DNA from: the human T2T-CHM13v2.0 reference genome, Homo sapiens
Strand: one strand, 5' to 3'
Length of the DNA stretch: 64,000 nt
Assembly: GCF_009914755.1 (NCBI RefSeq)
Contig: NC_060940.1
Shown: positions 1 to 14,200 of the stretch, one piece after another
Position numbering within the stretch: position 1 is the stretch's first letter
Layout of the letters: each line of letters starts with the position of its first letter
Program-made: the position numbers and the translations under genes
Notes under the pieces: model-generated
Told to the model about the DNA's origin: nothing
Seen by the model: the letters and a program-made list of their open reading frames with translations, nothing else
The model's database searches: none

Positions 1-271
1 ATTCGATGATTCCACTCGAGTCCATTTTATGATTTGATTCGAGTCCTTTCGATGATTCCATTCGATTCCACTCGATGATGATTTCATTCGAGTCCATTCG
101 ACACTTCCATTCGATTCCATTTGATGTTTCCATTCGAGTCCAATTGATGATTCCATTCAATTCCATTCGATGATGATTCCGTACGATTCCATTCTGTGAT
201 GATTCCATGTGATTGCATTCAATGATGATTCCTTTCGATTGCATTCGATTATGATTCATTTCGTGTTCATT

Positions 272-3200
272 CTATGGTTCCACAGGTTTCCATTCGTGTC
301 CATTCCATTATTCCATTCTATTCCATTTGATGATGATTCCATTCGATTCCATTCATTGGTGATTCCACTCAATTCCATTCAATGATTCCATTCCATTTCT
401 TTCAACAATGATTCCATTACTTTCTAATCGATGATCCACTTGATTCCATTTGACGACGATTCCATTCTTGTCCATTCGATGATTCCATTTGATTCCATAT
501 GATGATGATTCCATTCGATTCCATACGATGATGATTCCATTCGAGTCCATTCAATGGTGATTCCATTCAATTCCATTCGATGATTCCTTTCGATTCCATT
601 CGATGATGATGGCATTCGATTCCTTTCAATCATTCCCTTTGATTGCATTCAAAGGTGATTTCATTCAAGTCCATTCGATAATTGCATTCGATTCCATTCT
701 ATGATGATTCCATTCGAGTCCATTTGATGATTCCATTCAATTCAAGTCAATGATGATTCCATTCGATTCCATTCGATGATTCCATTGGATTCCATTCGAT
801 GATGATTCCATTCAAATCCATTCGATAATTCAATTCAAGTCCATTCGATGATGATTCCAATCGAATCCATTCAAATATTCCATTCAGTTCCATTCGATGA
901 TTCCCTTAGATTCCATTCGATGATTCCACTTGATTCCATTTACGATGATTCCATTCGATTCCATGTGATGATTCCATTCAATTCTATTCAATGATGTTTC
1001 CATTTGATTCCATTCGACCATGATTGCCTTTGATTCCATTCAATGATTCCATTCGGTTCCTTTTGATGATGATTCCATTCGATTCCATTTGATGATTCCA
1101 TTTGATTCCATTGGATGAGTCCATTCGATTACATTCGATGATTGTTCCATTCGAGAGCATTAGATGATTCCATTCGAGTCCATTCGATGATTCCATTCGA
1201 TTCCATTCGATGTTGATTCTGTTCAAATCCATTCGATGATTCCACTCGATTCCATTCGATGACTCCATTTGATCCCATTTGATGATTTCCTTTGATTCCC
1301 TTTGGTGATCATTCCATTTGATTCAATTCGGTGATTTCATTGGATTCCATTCAGTGATGTTTCCATTCGACTCCATTCGATGATGATTCCATTCGACTCC
1401 ATTCGATTATGATTTCATTCAATTCCATTTGATAATGATTCCCTTCGAGTCCATTCGATGATTCCATTCGATTCCATTCAACGATGATTTGATTCGTGTC
1501 CATTCGATGATTCCATTTGATTCCACTTGATGATGATTCCATTCGAGTCCATTTGATGATTCCATTCAATTCCATTCTCCGATGATTTCTTTTGAGCCCA
1601 CTCAATGCTTCCACTCGATTCCATATGATGATGACTCCATTCGATGAAATTCGATGATGATTCCATTCGCTTGCTTTCAATGATGATTCCACTTGAGTCC
1701 GTTAGAAGATTCTATTCAATTACATTCCATGACGATTCCGTTCGAGTCCATTTGATGATTCCATTAGACTCCATTCGACGATGATTCCATTCGATGTTAT
1801 TCGATGATTCCATTCGATCTCATTCGATGATGATTCCATTCAACTCTTTTCGATGTATCTATTCGAGTTCATTCTATTATTCCATTAGATTCAATTCGAT
1901 GATGATTCCATTCGATTCCATTTCATGATTGCATTCTATTTCATTTGATGATGATTCCATTCTAGTCCACTCGATGATTCCATTCGAGTCCATTTATTGA
2001 ATCCATTGGTTTCAATTCTATGATGATTACCTTGGATTCCATTCGTTGATGATTTCATTTGGCTCCATTCAATGATGATTCTATTCAATTCCTTTCAATG
2101 TTTCCATTCAATTCCATACGATGATGATTCCATTTGATTTGATTCGACAGTGAGCCATTCGATTCAATTCCATGATGATTCTATTTGATTCAATTGGTTG
2201 ACATTTCCATTCGATTCCATTCGATGATGATTCCCTTTGATTCCAAAGATGATTCCATTCTAGCCCATTCAATCATTCCATTCGATTCTATTCAATGATG
2301 ATTCCATTCATGTCAATTTGGTGATTCCATTTGACTTCATTTGATGATGATTCCTTTCAAGTTCATTAGATGATTCCATTCGATTCCATTTGATGATGAT
2401 CCCATTCGAGTCCATTCAGTGATTCCACTCGTTTCCATTCCATGATGATTCCATTCCATTCCATTCAATGATTCCATTCGATTCCGTTTGATGATGATTT
2501 CATTCGAGTCCATTTGATGATTCCATTTGATTCCATTCGATGATGACTCCATTCGAGTCCATTCGATGATTCTATTCGAATCCATTTGATGATTTCTTTT
2601 GATTATAGTTGGTGATGATTCCATTGGAGTCCATTCAATGATTCCATTCGATTCCAATCGATGGTGATTCCATTAGAGTCCATTTAATGATTCCATTTGA
2701 TTCCAGTCTCTGATGATTACATTCGAGTCCATACGATGATTCCACTCAATTCCATATCATGATGATTCCATTCGATTCCATTCGATGATTCCATTCTATT
2801 CTATTCAATGGTGATTCCATTCGAGTACATTAGATGATTCCATTCGTTTCCATTCAATGATGATTCTATTTGTGTCCCTTAGATGATTCCACATGATTCC
2901 ATTAGATGATGATACTATTTGAGCCCATCCAATGATTCCCTTCGATTCCATTCGATGAGGATTCCATTCGATTCAATTCATTGGTGATTCTATTCAATTC
3001 AATTCTTTGATTCCATTCCATTCCATTCGACAATGATTCCATTCGATTTCTTTAGATGATTCCACTCGATTCCACTTGACATTGATTCCATTCGATTCCA
3101 TTCAATGATTCCATTTGATTCCAGTGGATGATGATTGCCATCGATTCCGTTCGATCACTCCATTCTATTCCATTTGATGATGATTACATTCGATTCCATT

Positions 3201-6200
3201 TGATGATTCCATCTGATTCTATTCGAGGATTCCATTTGATTCCATTCGATGATGATTCCATTCGAGTGCATTCGATGATTTCATTCGAGTACATCCAATG
3301 ATTCCATTCGAGTCCATTTGATGATTCCATTTGATTCCATTTGATTATGATTCTACTAGATTCCATTCAATGACTCCATTCGAGTCCATTCAACAATTCC
3401 ATTCGAGTCCATTCGATGATTCCATTCGATTCCATTTGATGATTCCATTCGAGTCCATTTAATCATTACAGTCGAGTCCATTTGGTGATTCCACTGGATT
3501 TCTTTTGATAATGATACCATTCAATTACATTTGATGATGATCCCATTCAATTTCATTTGATGATGATTCCATTAGAGTCCATTCGATGATTTCATTCGAG
3601 TCCCTTCATTGATTCCATCCGATTTCATTGGATGATGACTCCATTCGAGTCCATTCGATGATTCTACTCGATTCCATTAGATGATTCCATTGGAGTCCAT
3701 TTGATTGTTCCATTCGATTCCATTCGATTCCTTTCGAAGATTATTCCATTTGAGTCCATTCGATGATGATTCCATTCCATTCCATTCGATGATTCCTTTT
3801 GATTCCATTCAATTATTCCCTTCGATTCCTTTCTTTGATGATTCCATTCCATTCCATTCAATGATTCCATTCGAATCTATTCCATGATGATTCCTTTCGA
3901 TTCCATTCGCTGATGTTTCCGTTCAATTCCATTCGATGCTCATTCCATTCGATTCCATTCATCGAGGATTCCATTTAATTCCATTCAATGATGATTCCAT
4001 TCTATTCCATTCAATGATTGCATTCAATTCCATTCAATGATTATCCCATTAGAGTAAACTCAACGATTCCATTCAATACCATTCGATGATGATTCCTTTT
4101 GAGTCCATTCAATGATTTCATTCAAGTCCATTTGATGATTCCTTTCAATTCCATTCTATGATGATTCCATTCGAGTCCATTCGATGATTCCATTCGATTG
4201 CATTCGATGATTCCATTATATTCCATTCAATGATGATTCCATTCGAGTCCATTCGATGATTCCATTAGAGTACATTTAATGATTGCTTTGTTTTCAATTC
4301 GAAGATGATTACATTGGATTCCATTCTATGATACCATTCGATTCCATTCAATGATGATTCCACTCAAATCCATTGGATGATTCCATTCGTGTCCATTCGG
4401 TGATTTCATTAGATTCCATTCGAGGATGATTCCATTCGATTCCATTCGATGATTCCATTCAATTCCATTCGATGATGATTCCATTCCAGTCCATATGATC
4501 ATTCCATTTGATTTCATTCGATGATGATTCCATTCGATTCCATTCGACGATTCCATTCTCTTCCATTCGATGATGATTCCATTCGAGTCCATTCGATGAT
4601 TCCATTCGAGTCCATTTAATGATTCCATTGGGTTCAATTCAATGATGATTACATTGGATTCCGTTCTATGATTCCATTCAATTCCGTTCATTGACAATTT
4701 GATTCCATTCGATGATGATTCCATTTGAGTTCATTCGATGATTCTATTCGATTCTCTTCGATGGTGATTCAATTCTATTATATTGGATGATTCCATTCGA
4801 TTCCATTTGATGTTGATTCAATTCGATTCTGTTCGATGATGATTCCATTGGATTTCACTTGATGATTCTATTCGATTCCATTCAATGATGATTCACTTCT
4901 CGTCCATTGGATGATTCCATTTCATTCCATTCGATGATGATTCCATTCGATTCCATTCGATGATTCCATTTGATTCCATTCGACGGTGAGCAATTCGATT
5001 CAATTCCATGATGATTCTATTTGATTCAGTTAGATGATGTTTCCATTCGAATCCATTCCATGATTATTCCATTGGAATCCATTCGGCGATGATTCCATAT
5101 GAGTCAATTCAATGATGATTCCATATGGGTCCGTTCGATGATAATTCCATTTGATTTCATTCAATGCTTCTATTCTATTCCAGTCGATGATGATTCCGTT
5201 GGAGTCCATACGATGATTCCATTTGATTTCATTTGATGATGATTCCATTCGATGATGATTACATTGGATTCCATTCTATGATTCCATTCAATTCCATTCG
5301 TTGATGATTCGATTCCATTCAATGATGATTCCATTTGAGTTCATTCGATGATTCTATTCGATTCCGTTCGATGGTGATTCAATTCTATTATATTGGATAA
5401 TTCCACTCGATTCCATTTGATGATTATTCCATTGGAGTCCACTTAGCAAATCCTTTAGATTCTACTCGAAGATGATTCCATTCGAGTCCATTCGATGATA
5501 CCATTCAATTCCATTCGTTGATGCTTCCATTCAAGTGCATTCGATGATATCATTCGATTCCATTTGATGATAATTCCATTTGATTCCATGCGATGATTCT
5601 ATTCGATTCCATTCAATGATAATTCCATTCAATTCAGTGATTCCTCTGGACTCCATTTGATGATGATTCCATTCAATGATTCCATTCGATTCTATTCGAA
5701 AATGATTCCATTTGAATCCATTTGATGATGATTCCATTAGATTCCATTTGATGATTCCATTCAATTCCATTCGACGATGATTCCATTCGATTCCGTTTGA
5801 TGATTCCATTCTATTCTATTCTATGATGATTCCATTCAATTCCATTTGATGATGATTGCATTCGATTCCATTGGATGATTTCATTTGATTCCATTCGTTA
5901 ATGATTTCGATCAATTCCATTCGATGATTCCATTCGATTCCATTCGATAATGATTACATCCGAGTCCATTCGATGATTCCATTTGAGCCTGTTCGATAAT
6001 TCCATTTGAGTCCAATCAATGATTCCATTCATTTCCATTCAATGATTCCATTCGAGTCCATTTGATCATTCCGGTAGGGTCCATTCGATGTTGATTCCAT
6101 TGGAGTACATTCGATGATTCCATTCGAGTCCATTTTACGATTTGATTCGAGTCCTTTCGATGATTCCATTCGATTCCACTCGATGATGATTTCATTCGAG

Positions 6201-6379
6201 TCCATTCGACACTTCAAATCGATTCCATTTGATGTTTCCATTCGAGTATAATTGATGATTCCATTCAATTCCATTCGATGATGATTCCGTACGATTCCAT
6301 TCTGTGATGATTCCATGTGATTGCATTCAATGATGATTCCTTTCGATTGCATTCGATTATGATTCATTTCGTGTTCATT
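272..6379 (+). repeat. HSat2 higher-order unit 1 (6108 bp; 6112-bp type with a private 4-bp deletion near 2244)
   Basis: Landmark CTATGGTTCCACAGGTTTCC at 272 and 6380; paralogous ORFs at 353 and 6461. It reads TTCCAAAGAT at ~2241 where most units read TTCCATTCAAAGAT. The unit phase is arbitrary. Confidence 0.9.
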
Positions 6380-9300
6380 CTATGGTTCCACAGGTTTCCA
6401 TTCGTGTCCATTCCATTATTCCATTTTATTCCATTTGATGATGATTCCATTCGATTCCATTCATTGGTGATTCCACTCAATTCCATTCAATGATTCCATT
6501 CCATTTCTTTCAACAATGATTCCATTACTTTCTAATCGATGATCCACTTGATTCCATTTGACGACGATTCCATTCTTGTCCATTAGATGATTCCATTTGA
6601 TTCCATATGATGATGATTCCATTCGATTCCATACGATGATGATTCCATTCGAGTCCATTCAATGGTGATTCCATTCAATTCCATTCGGTGATTCCTTTCG
6701 ATTCCATTCGATGATGATGGCATTCGATTCCTTTCAATCATTCCCTTTGATTGCATTCAAAGGTGATTTCATTCAAGTCCATTTGATAATTGCATTCGAT
6801 TCCATTCTATGATGATTCCATTCGAGTCCATTTGATGATTCCATTCAATTCAAGTCAATGATGATTCCATTCGATTCCATTCGATGATTCCATTGGATTC
6901 CATTCGATGATGATTCCATTCAAATCCATTCGATAATTCAATTCAAGTCCATTCGATGATGATTCCAATCGAATCCATTCAAAGATTCCATTCAGTTCCA
7001 TTCGATGATTCCCTTAGATTCCATTCGATGATTCCACTTGATTCCATTTACGATGATTCCATTCGATTCCATGTGATGATTCCATTCAATTCTATTCAAT
7101 GATGTTTCCATTTGATTCCATTCGACCATGATTGCCTTTGATTCCATTCAATGATTCCATTCGGTTCCTTTTGATGATGATTCCATTCGATTCCATTTGA
7201 TGATTCCATTTGATTCCATTGGATGAGTCCATTCGATTACATTCGATGATGATTCCATTCGAGTGCATTAGATGATTCCACTCGAGTCCATTCGATGATT
7301 CCATTCAATTCCATTCGATGTTGATTCTGTTCAAATCCATTCGATGATTCCACTCGATTCCATTCGATGACTCCATTTGATCCCATTCGATGATTTCCTT
7401 TGATTCCCTTTGATGATCATTCCATTTGATTCAATTCGGTGATTTCGTTTGATTCCATTCAGTGATGTTTCCATTCGACTCCATTCGATGATGATTCCAT
7501 TCGACTCCATTCGATTATGATTTCATTCAATTCCATTCGATAATGATTCCCTTCGAGTCCATTCGATGATTCCATTCGATTCCATTCAACGATGATTTGA
7601 TTCGTGTCCATTCGATGATTCCATTTGATTCCACTTGATGATGATTCCATTCGAGTCCATTTGATGATTCCATTCAATTCCATCCTCCGATGATTTCTTT
7701 TGAGCCCACTCAATGCTTCCACTCGATTCCATATGATGATGACTCCATTCGATGAAATTCGATGATGATTCCATTCGCTTGCTTTCAATGATGATTCCAC
7801 TTGAGTCCGTTAGAAGATTCTATTCAATTACATTCCATGACGATTCTGTTCGAGTCCATTTGATGATTCCATTAGACTCCATTCGACGATGATTCCATTC
7901 GATGTTATTCGATGATTCCATTCGATCTCATTCGTTGATGATTCCATTCAACTCTTTTCGATGTATCCATTCGAGTTCATTCTATTATTCCATTAGATTC
8001 AATTCGATGATGATTCCATTCGATTCCATTTGATGATTGCATTCTATTTCATTTGATGATGATTCCATTCGAGTCCACTCGATGATTCCATTCGAGTCCA
8101 TTTAATGAATCCATTGGTTTCAATTCTATGATGATTACATTGGATTACATTCGTTGATGATTTCATTCGGCTCCATTCAATGATGATTCTATTCAATTCC
8201 TTTCAATGTTTCCATTCAATTCCATACGATGATGATTCCATTTGATTTGATTCGACAGTGAGCCATTCGATTCAATTCCATGATGATTCTATTTTATTCA
8301 ATTGGTTGACATTTCCATTCGATTCCATTCGATGATGATTCCATTTGATACCATTCAAAGATGATTCCATTCTAGCGCATTCAATCATTCCATTCGATTC
8401 TATTCAATGATGATTCCATTCATGTCGATTTGGTGATTCCATTTGACTCCATTTGATGATGATTCCTTTCAAGTTCATTAGATGATTCCATTCGATTCCA
8501 TTTGATGATGACCCCATTCGAGTCCATTCAGTGATTCCATTCGTTTCCATTCCATGATGATTCCATTCCATTCCATTCAATGATTCCATTCGATTCCGTT
8601 TGATGATGATTTCATTCGAGTCCATTTGATGATTCCATTTGATTCCATTCGATGATGACTCCATTCGAGTCCATTCGATGATTCTATTCGAATCCATTTG
8701 ATGATTTCTTTTGATTATAGTTGGTGATGATTCCATTGGAGTCCATTCAATGATTCCATTCGATTCCAATCGATGGTGATTCCATTAGAGTCCATTTAAT
8801 GATTCCATTTGATTCCAGTCTCTGATGATTACATTCGAGTCCATGCGATGATTCCACTCAATTCCATATCATGATGATTCCATTCGATTCCATTCGATGA
8901 TTCCATTCTATTCTATTCAATGGTGATTCCATTCGAGTACATTAGATGATTCCATTCGATTCCATTCAATGATGATTCTATTTGTGTCCCTTAGATGATT
9001 CCACATGATTCCATTAGATGATGATACTATTTGAGCCCATCCAATGATTCCCTTCGATTCCATTCGATGAGGATTCCATTCGATTCAATTCATTGGTGAT
9101 TCTATTCAATTCAATTCTTTGATTCCATTCCATTCCATTCGACAATGATTCCATTCGATTTCTTTCGATGATTCCACTCGATTCCACTTGACATTGATTC
9201 CATTCGATTCCATTCATTGATTCCATTTGATTCCAGTGGGTGATGATTGCCATCGATTCCATTCGATCACTCCATTCTATTCCATTTGATGATGATTACA

Positions 9301-11262
9301 TTCGATTCCATTTGATGATTCCATCTGATTCTATTCCAGGATTCAATTTGATTCCATTCGATGATGATTCCATTCGAGTACATTCGATGATTTCATTCGA
9401 GTACATCCAATGATTCCATTCGAGTCCATTTGATGATTCCATTTGATTCCATTTGATTATGATTCTACTAGAGTCCATTCAATGACTCCATTCGAATCCA
9501 TTCAACAATTCCATTCGACTCCATTCGATGATTCCATTCGATTCCATTTGATGATTCCATTGGGTTCAATTCAATGATGATTACATTGGATTCCGTTCTA
9601 TGATTCCATTCAATTCCGTTCATTGACAATTTGATTCCATTCGATGATGATTCCATTTGAGTTCATTCGATGATTCTATTCGATTCTCTTCGATGGTGAT
9701 TCAATTCTATTATATTAGATGATTCCATTCGATTCCATTTGATGTTGATTCAATTCGATTCTATTCGATGATGATTCCATTGGATTTCACTTGATGATTC
9801 TATTCGATTCCATTCAATGATGATTCACTTCTCGTCCATTGGATGATTCCATTTCATTCCATTCGATGATGATTCCATTCGATTCCATTCGATGATTCCA
9901 TTTGATTCCATGCGACGGTTAGCAATTCGATTCAATTCCATGATGATTCTATTTGATTCAATTAGATGATGTTTCCATTCGAATCCATTCCATGATTATT
10001 CCATTGGAATCCATTCGGCGATGATTCCATATGAGTCAATTCAATGATGATTCCATATGGGTCCGTTCGATGATAATTCCATTTGATTTCATTCGATGCT
10101 TCTATTCAATTCCAGTCGATGATGATTCCGTTGGAGTCCATACGATGATTCCATTTGATTTCATTTCATGATGATTCCATTCGATGATGATTACATTGGA
10201 TTCCATTCTATGATTCCATTCAATTCCATTCGTTGATGATTCGATTCCATTCAATGATGATTCCATTTGAGTTCATTCGGTGATTCTATTCGATTCCATT
10301 CTATGGTGATTCAATTCTCTTATATTGGATGATTCGACTCGATTCCATTTGATGATTATTCCATTGGAGTCCACTTAGTGAATCCTTTAGATTCTACTCG
10401 AAGATGATTCCATTCGAGTCCATTCGATGATACCATTCAATTCCATTCGTTGATGCTTCCATTCAAGTGCATTCGATGATATCATTCGATTCCATTTGAG
10501 GATAATTCCATTTGATTCCATGCGATGATTCTATTCGATTCCATTCAATGATAATTCCATTCAATTCAGTGATTCCTCTGGACTCCATTTGATGATGATT
10601 CCATTCAATGATTCCATTCGATTCTATTCGAAAATGATTACATTTGAATCCATTTGATGACGATTCCATTCCATTCCATTTGATGATTCCATACTATTCT
10701 ATTCGATGATGATTCCATTCGATTCCATTCGATGATGATTGGATTCGATTCCATTTGATGATTTCATTTGATTCCATTCGTTAATGATTTCGATCAATTC
10801 CATTCGATGATTCCATTCGATTCCATTCGATAATGATTACATCCGAGTCCATTCGATGATTCCATTTGAGCCTGTTTGATAATTCCATTTGAGTCCAACC
10901 AATGATTCCATTCATTTCCATTCAATGATTCCATTCGAGTCCATTTGATCATTCCGGTAGGGTCCATTCGATGTTGATTCCATTGGAGTGCATTCGATGA
11001 TTCCATTCGAGTCCATTTTAGGATTTGATTCGAGTCCTTTCGATGATTCCATTCGATTCCACTCGATGATGATTTCATTCGAGTCCATTCGACACTTCCA
11101 ATCGATTCCATTTGATGATTCCATTCGAGTCCAATTGATGATTCCATTCAATTCCATTCGATGATGATTCCGTACGATTCCATTCTGTGATGATTCCATG
11201 TGATTGCATTCAATGATGATTCCTTTCGATTGCATTCGATTATGATTCATTTCGTGTTCATT
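6380..11262 (+). repeat. HSat2 higher-order unit 2, truncated (4883 bp; 1180-bp and 49-bp internal deletions)
   Basis: Landmarks at 6380 and 11263. The offset to unit 1 falls from 6112 (ORFs 3184/9296) to 4932 (5531/10463) and then 4883 (6029/10912). Confidence 0.9.
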
Positions 11263-14200
11263 CTATGGTTCCACAGGTTTCCATTCGTGTCCATTCCATT
11301 ATTCCATTCTATTCCATTTGATGATGATTCCATTCGATTCCATTCATTGGTGATTCCACTCAATTCCATTCAATGATTCCATTCCATTTCTTTCAACAAT
11401 GATTCCATTAGTTTCTAATCGAGGATCCACTTGATTCCATTTGACGACGATTCCATTCTTGTCCATTCGATGATTCCATTTGATTCCATATGATGATGAT
11501 TCCATTCGATTCCATACCATGATGATTCCATTCGAGTCCATTCAATGGTGATTCCATTCAATTCCATTCGATGATTCCTTTCTATTCCATTCGATGATGA
11601 TGGCATTCGATTCCTTTCAATCATTCCCTTTGATTCCATTCAAAGGTGATTTCATTCAAGTCCATTCGATAATTGCATTCGATTCCATTCTATGATGATT
11701 CCATTCGAGTCCATTTGATGATTCCATTCAATTCAAGTCAATGATGATTCCATTCGATTCCATTCGATGATTCCATTGGATTCCATTCGATGATGATTCC
11801 ATTCACATCCATTCGATAATTCAATTCAAGTCCATTCGATGATGATTCCAATCGAATCCATTCAAAGATTCCATTCAGTTCCATTCGATGATTCCCTTGG
11901 ATTCCATTCGAGGATTCCACTTGATTGCATTTACGATGATTCCATTCGATTCCATGTGATGATTCCATTCAATTCTATTCAATGCTTTTTCCATTTGATT
12001 CCATTCGACCATGATTGCCTTTGATTCCATTCAATGATTCCATTCGGTTCCGTTTGATGATGATTCCGTTCGATTCCATTTGATGATTCCATTGGATTCC
12101 ATTGGATGAGTCCATTCGATTACATTCGATGATTATTCCATTCGAGTGCATTAGATGATTCCATTCGAGTCCATTCGATGATTCCATTCGATTCCATTCG
12201 ATGTTGATTCTGTTCAAATCCATTCGATGATTCCACTCGATTCCATTCGTTGACTCCATTTGATCCCATTCGATGATTTCCTTTGATTCCCTTTGATGAT
12301 CATTCCATTTGATTCAATTCGGTGATTTCATTTGATTCCATTCAGTGATGTTTCCATTCGACTCCATTCGATGATGATTCCATTCGACTCCATTCGATTA
12401 TGATTTCATTCAATTCCATTCGATAATGATTCCCTTCGAGTCCATTCGATGATTCCATTCGATTCCATTCAACGATGATTTGATTCGTGTCCATTCGATG
12501 ATTCCATTTGATTCCACTTGATGATGATTCCATTCGAGTCCATTTGATGATTCCATTCAATTCCATACTCCGATGATTTCTTTTGAGCCCACTCAATGCT
12601 TCCACTCGATTCCATATGATGATGACTCCATTCGATGAAATTCGATGATGATTCCATTCGCTTGCTTTCGATGATGATTCCACTTGAGTCCGTTAGAAGA
12701 TTCTATTCAATTACATTCCATGACGATTCCGTTCGAGTCCATTTGATGATTCCATTAGACTCCATTCGACGATGATTCCATTCGATGTTATTCGATGATT
12801 CCATTCGATCTCATTCGATGATGATTCCATTAAACTCCATTCGATGTTTCCATTCGAGTTCATTCTATTATTCCATTAGATTCCATTCGATGATGATTCC
12901 ATTCGATTCCATTTGATGATTGCATTCTATTTCATTTGATGATGATTCCATTCGAGTCCACTCGATGATTCCATTCGAGTCCATTTAATGAATCCATTGG
13001 TTTCAATTCTATGATGATTACATTGGATTCCATTCGTTGATGATTTCATTCGGTTCCATTCAATGATGATTCCATTCAATTCCTTTCAATGTTTCCATTC
13101 AATTCCATACGATGATGATTCCATTTGATTTGATTCGACAGTGAGCCATTCGATTCAATTTCATGATGATTCTATTTATTCAATTGGTTGACATTTCCAT
13201 TCGATTCCATTCGATGATGATTCCCTTTGATTCCATTCAAAGATGATTCCATTCTAGCCCATTCAATCATTCCATTCGATTCTATTCAATGATGATTCCA
13301 TTCATGTCGATTTGGTGATTCCATTTGACTTCATTTGATGATGATTCCTTTCAAGTTCATTAGATGATTCCATTCGATTCCATTTGATGATGATCCCATT
13401 CGAGTCCATTCAGTGATTCCACTCGTTTCCATTCCATGATGATTCCATTCCATTCCATTCAATGATTCCATTCGATTCCGATGGATGATGATTTCATTCG
13501 AGTCCATTTGATGATTCCATTTGATTCCATTCGATGATGATTCCATTCGAGTCCATTCGATGATTCTATTCGAATCCATTTGATGATTTCTTTTGATTAT
13601 AGTTGGTGATGATTCCATTGGAGTCCATTCAATGATTCCATTCGATTCCAATCGATGGTGATTCCATTAGAGTCCATTTAATGATTCCATTTGATTCCAG
13701 TCTCTGATGATTACATTCGAGTCCATACGATGATTCCACTCAATTCCATATGATGATGATTCCATTCGATTCCATTCGGTGATTCCATTCTATTCTATTC
13801 AGTGGTGATTCCATTCGAGTACATTAGATGATTCCATTCGATTCCATTCAATGATGATTCTATTTGTGTCCCTTAGATGATTCCACATGATTCCATTAGA
13901 TGATGATACTATTTGAGCCCATCCAATGATTCCCTTCGATTCCATTCGATGAGGATTCCATTCGATTCAATTCATTGGTGATTCTATTCAATTCAATTCT
14001 TTGATTCCATTCCATTCCATTCGACAATGATTCCATTCGATTTCTTTCGATGATTCCACTCGATTCCACTTGATATTGATTCCCTTCGATTCCATTCAAT
14101 GATTCCATTTGATTCCAGTGGATGATGATTGCCATCGATTCCATTCGATCACTCCATTCTATTCCATTTGATGATGATTACATTCGATTCCATTTGACGA

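Noticed and set aside
272-291. Atypical motifs such as CTATGGTTCCACAGGTTTCC and TTCCGGTAGGGTCC (~6069) as foreign inserts or regulatory elements
   Set aside because: They stay in phase with the monomer and can be derived from it by point substitutions. They are useful only as unit landmarks, with no evidence of function.
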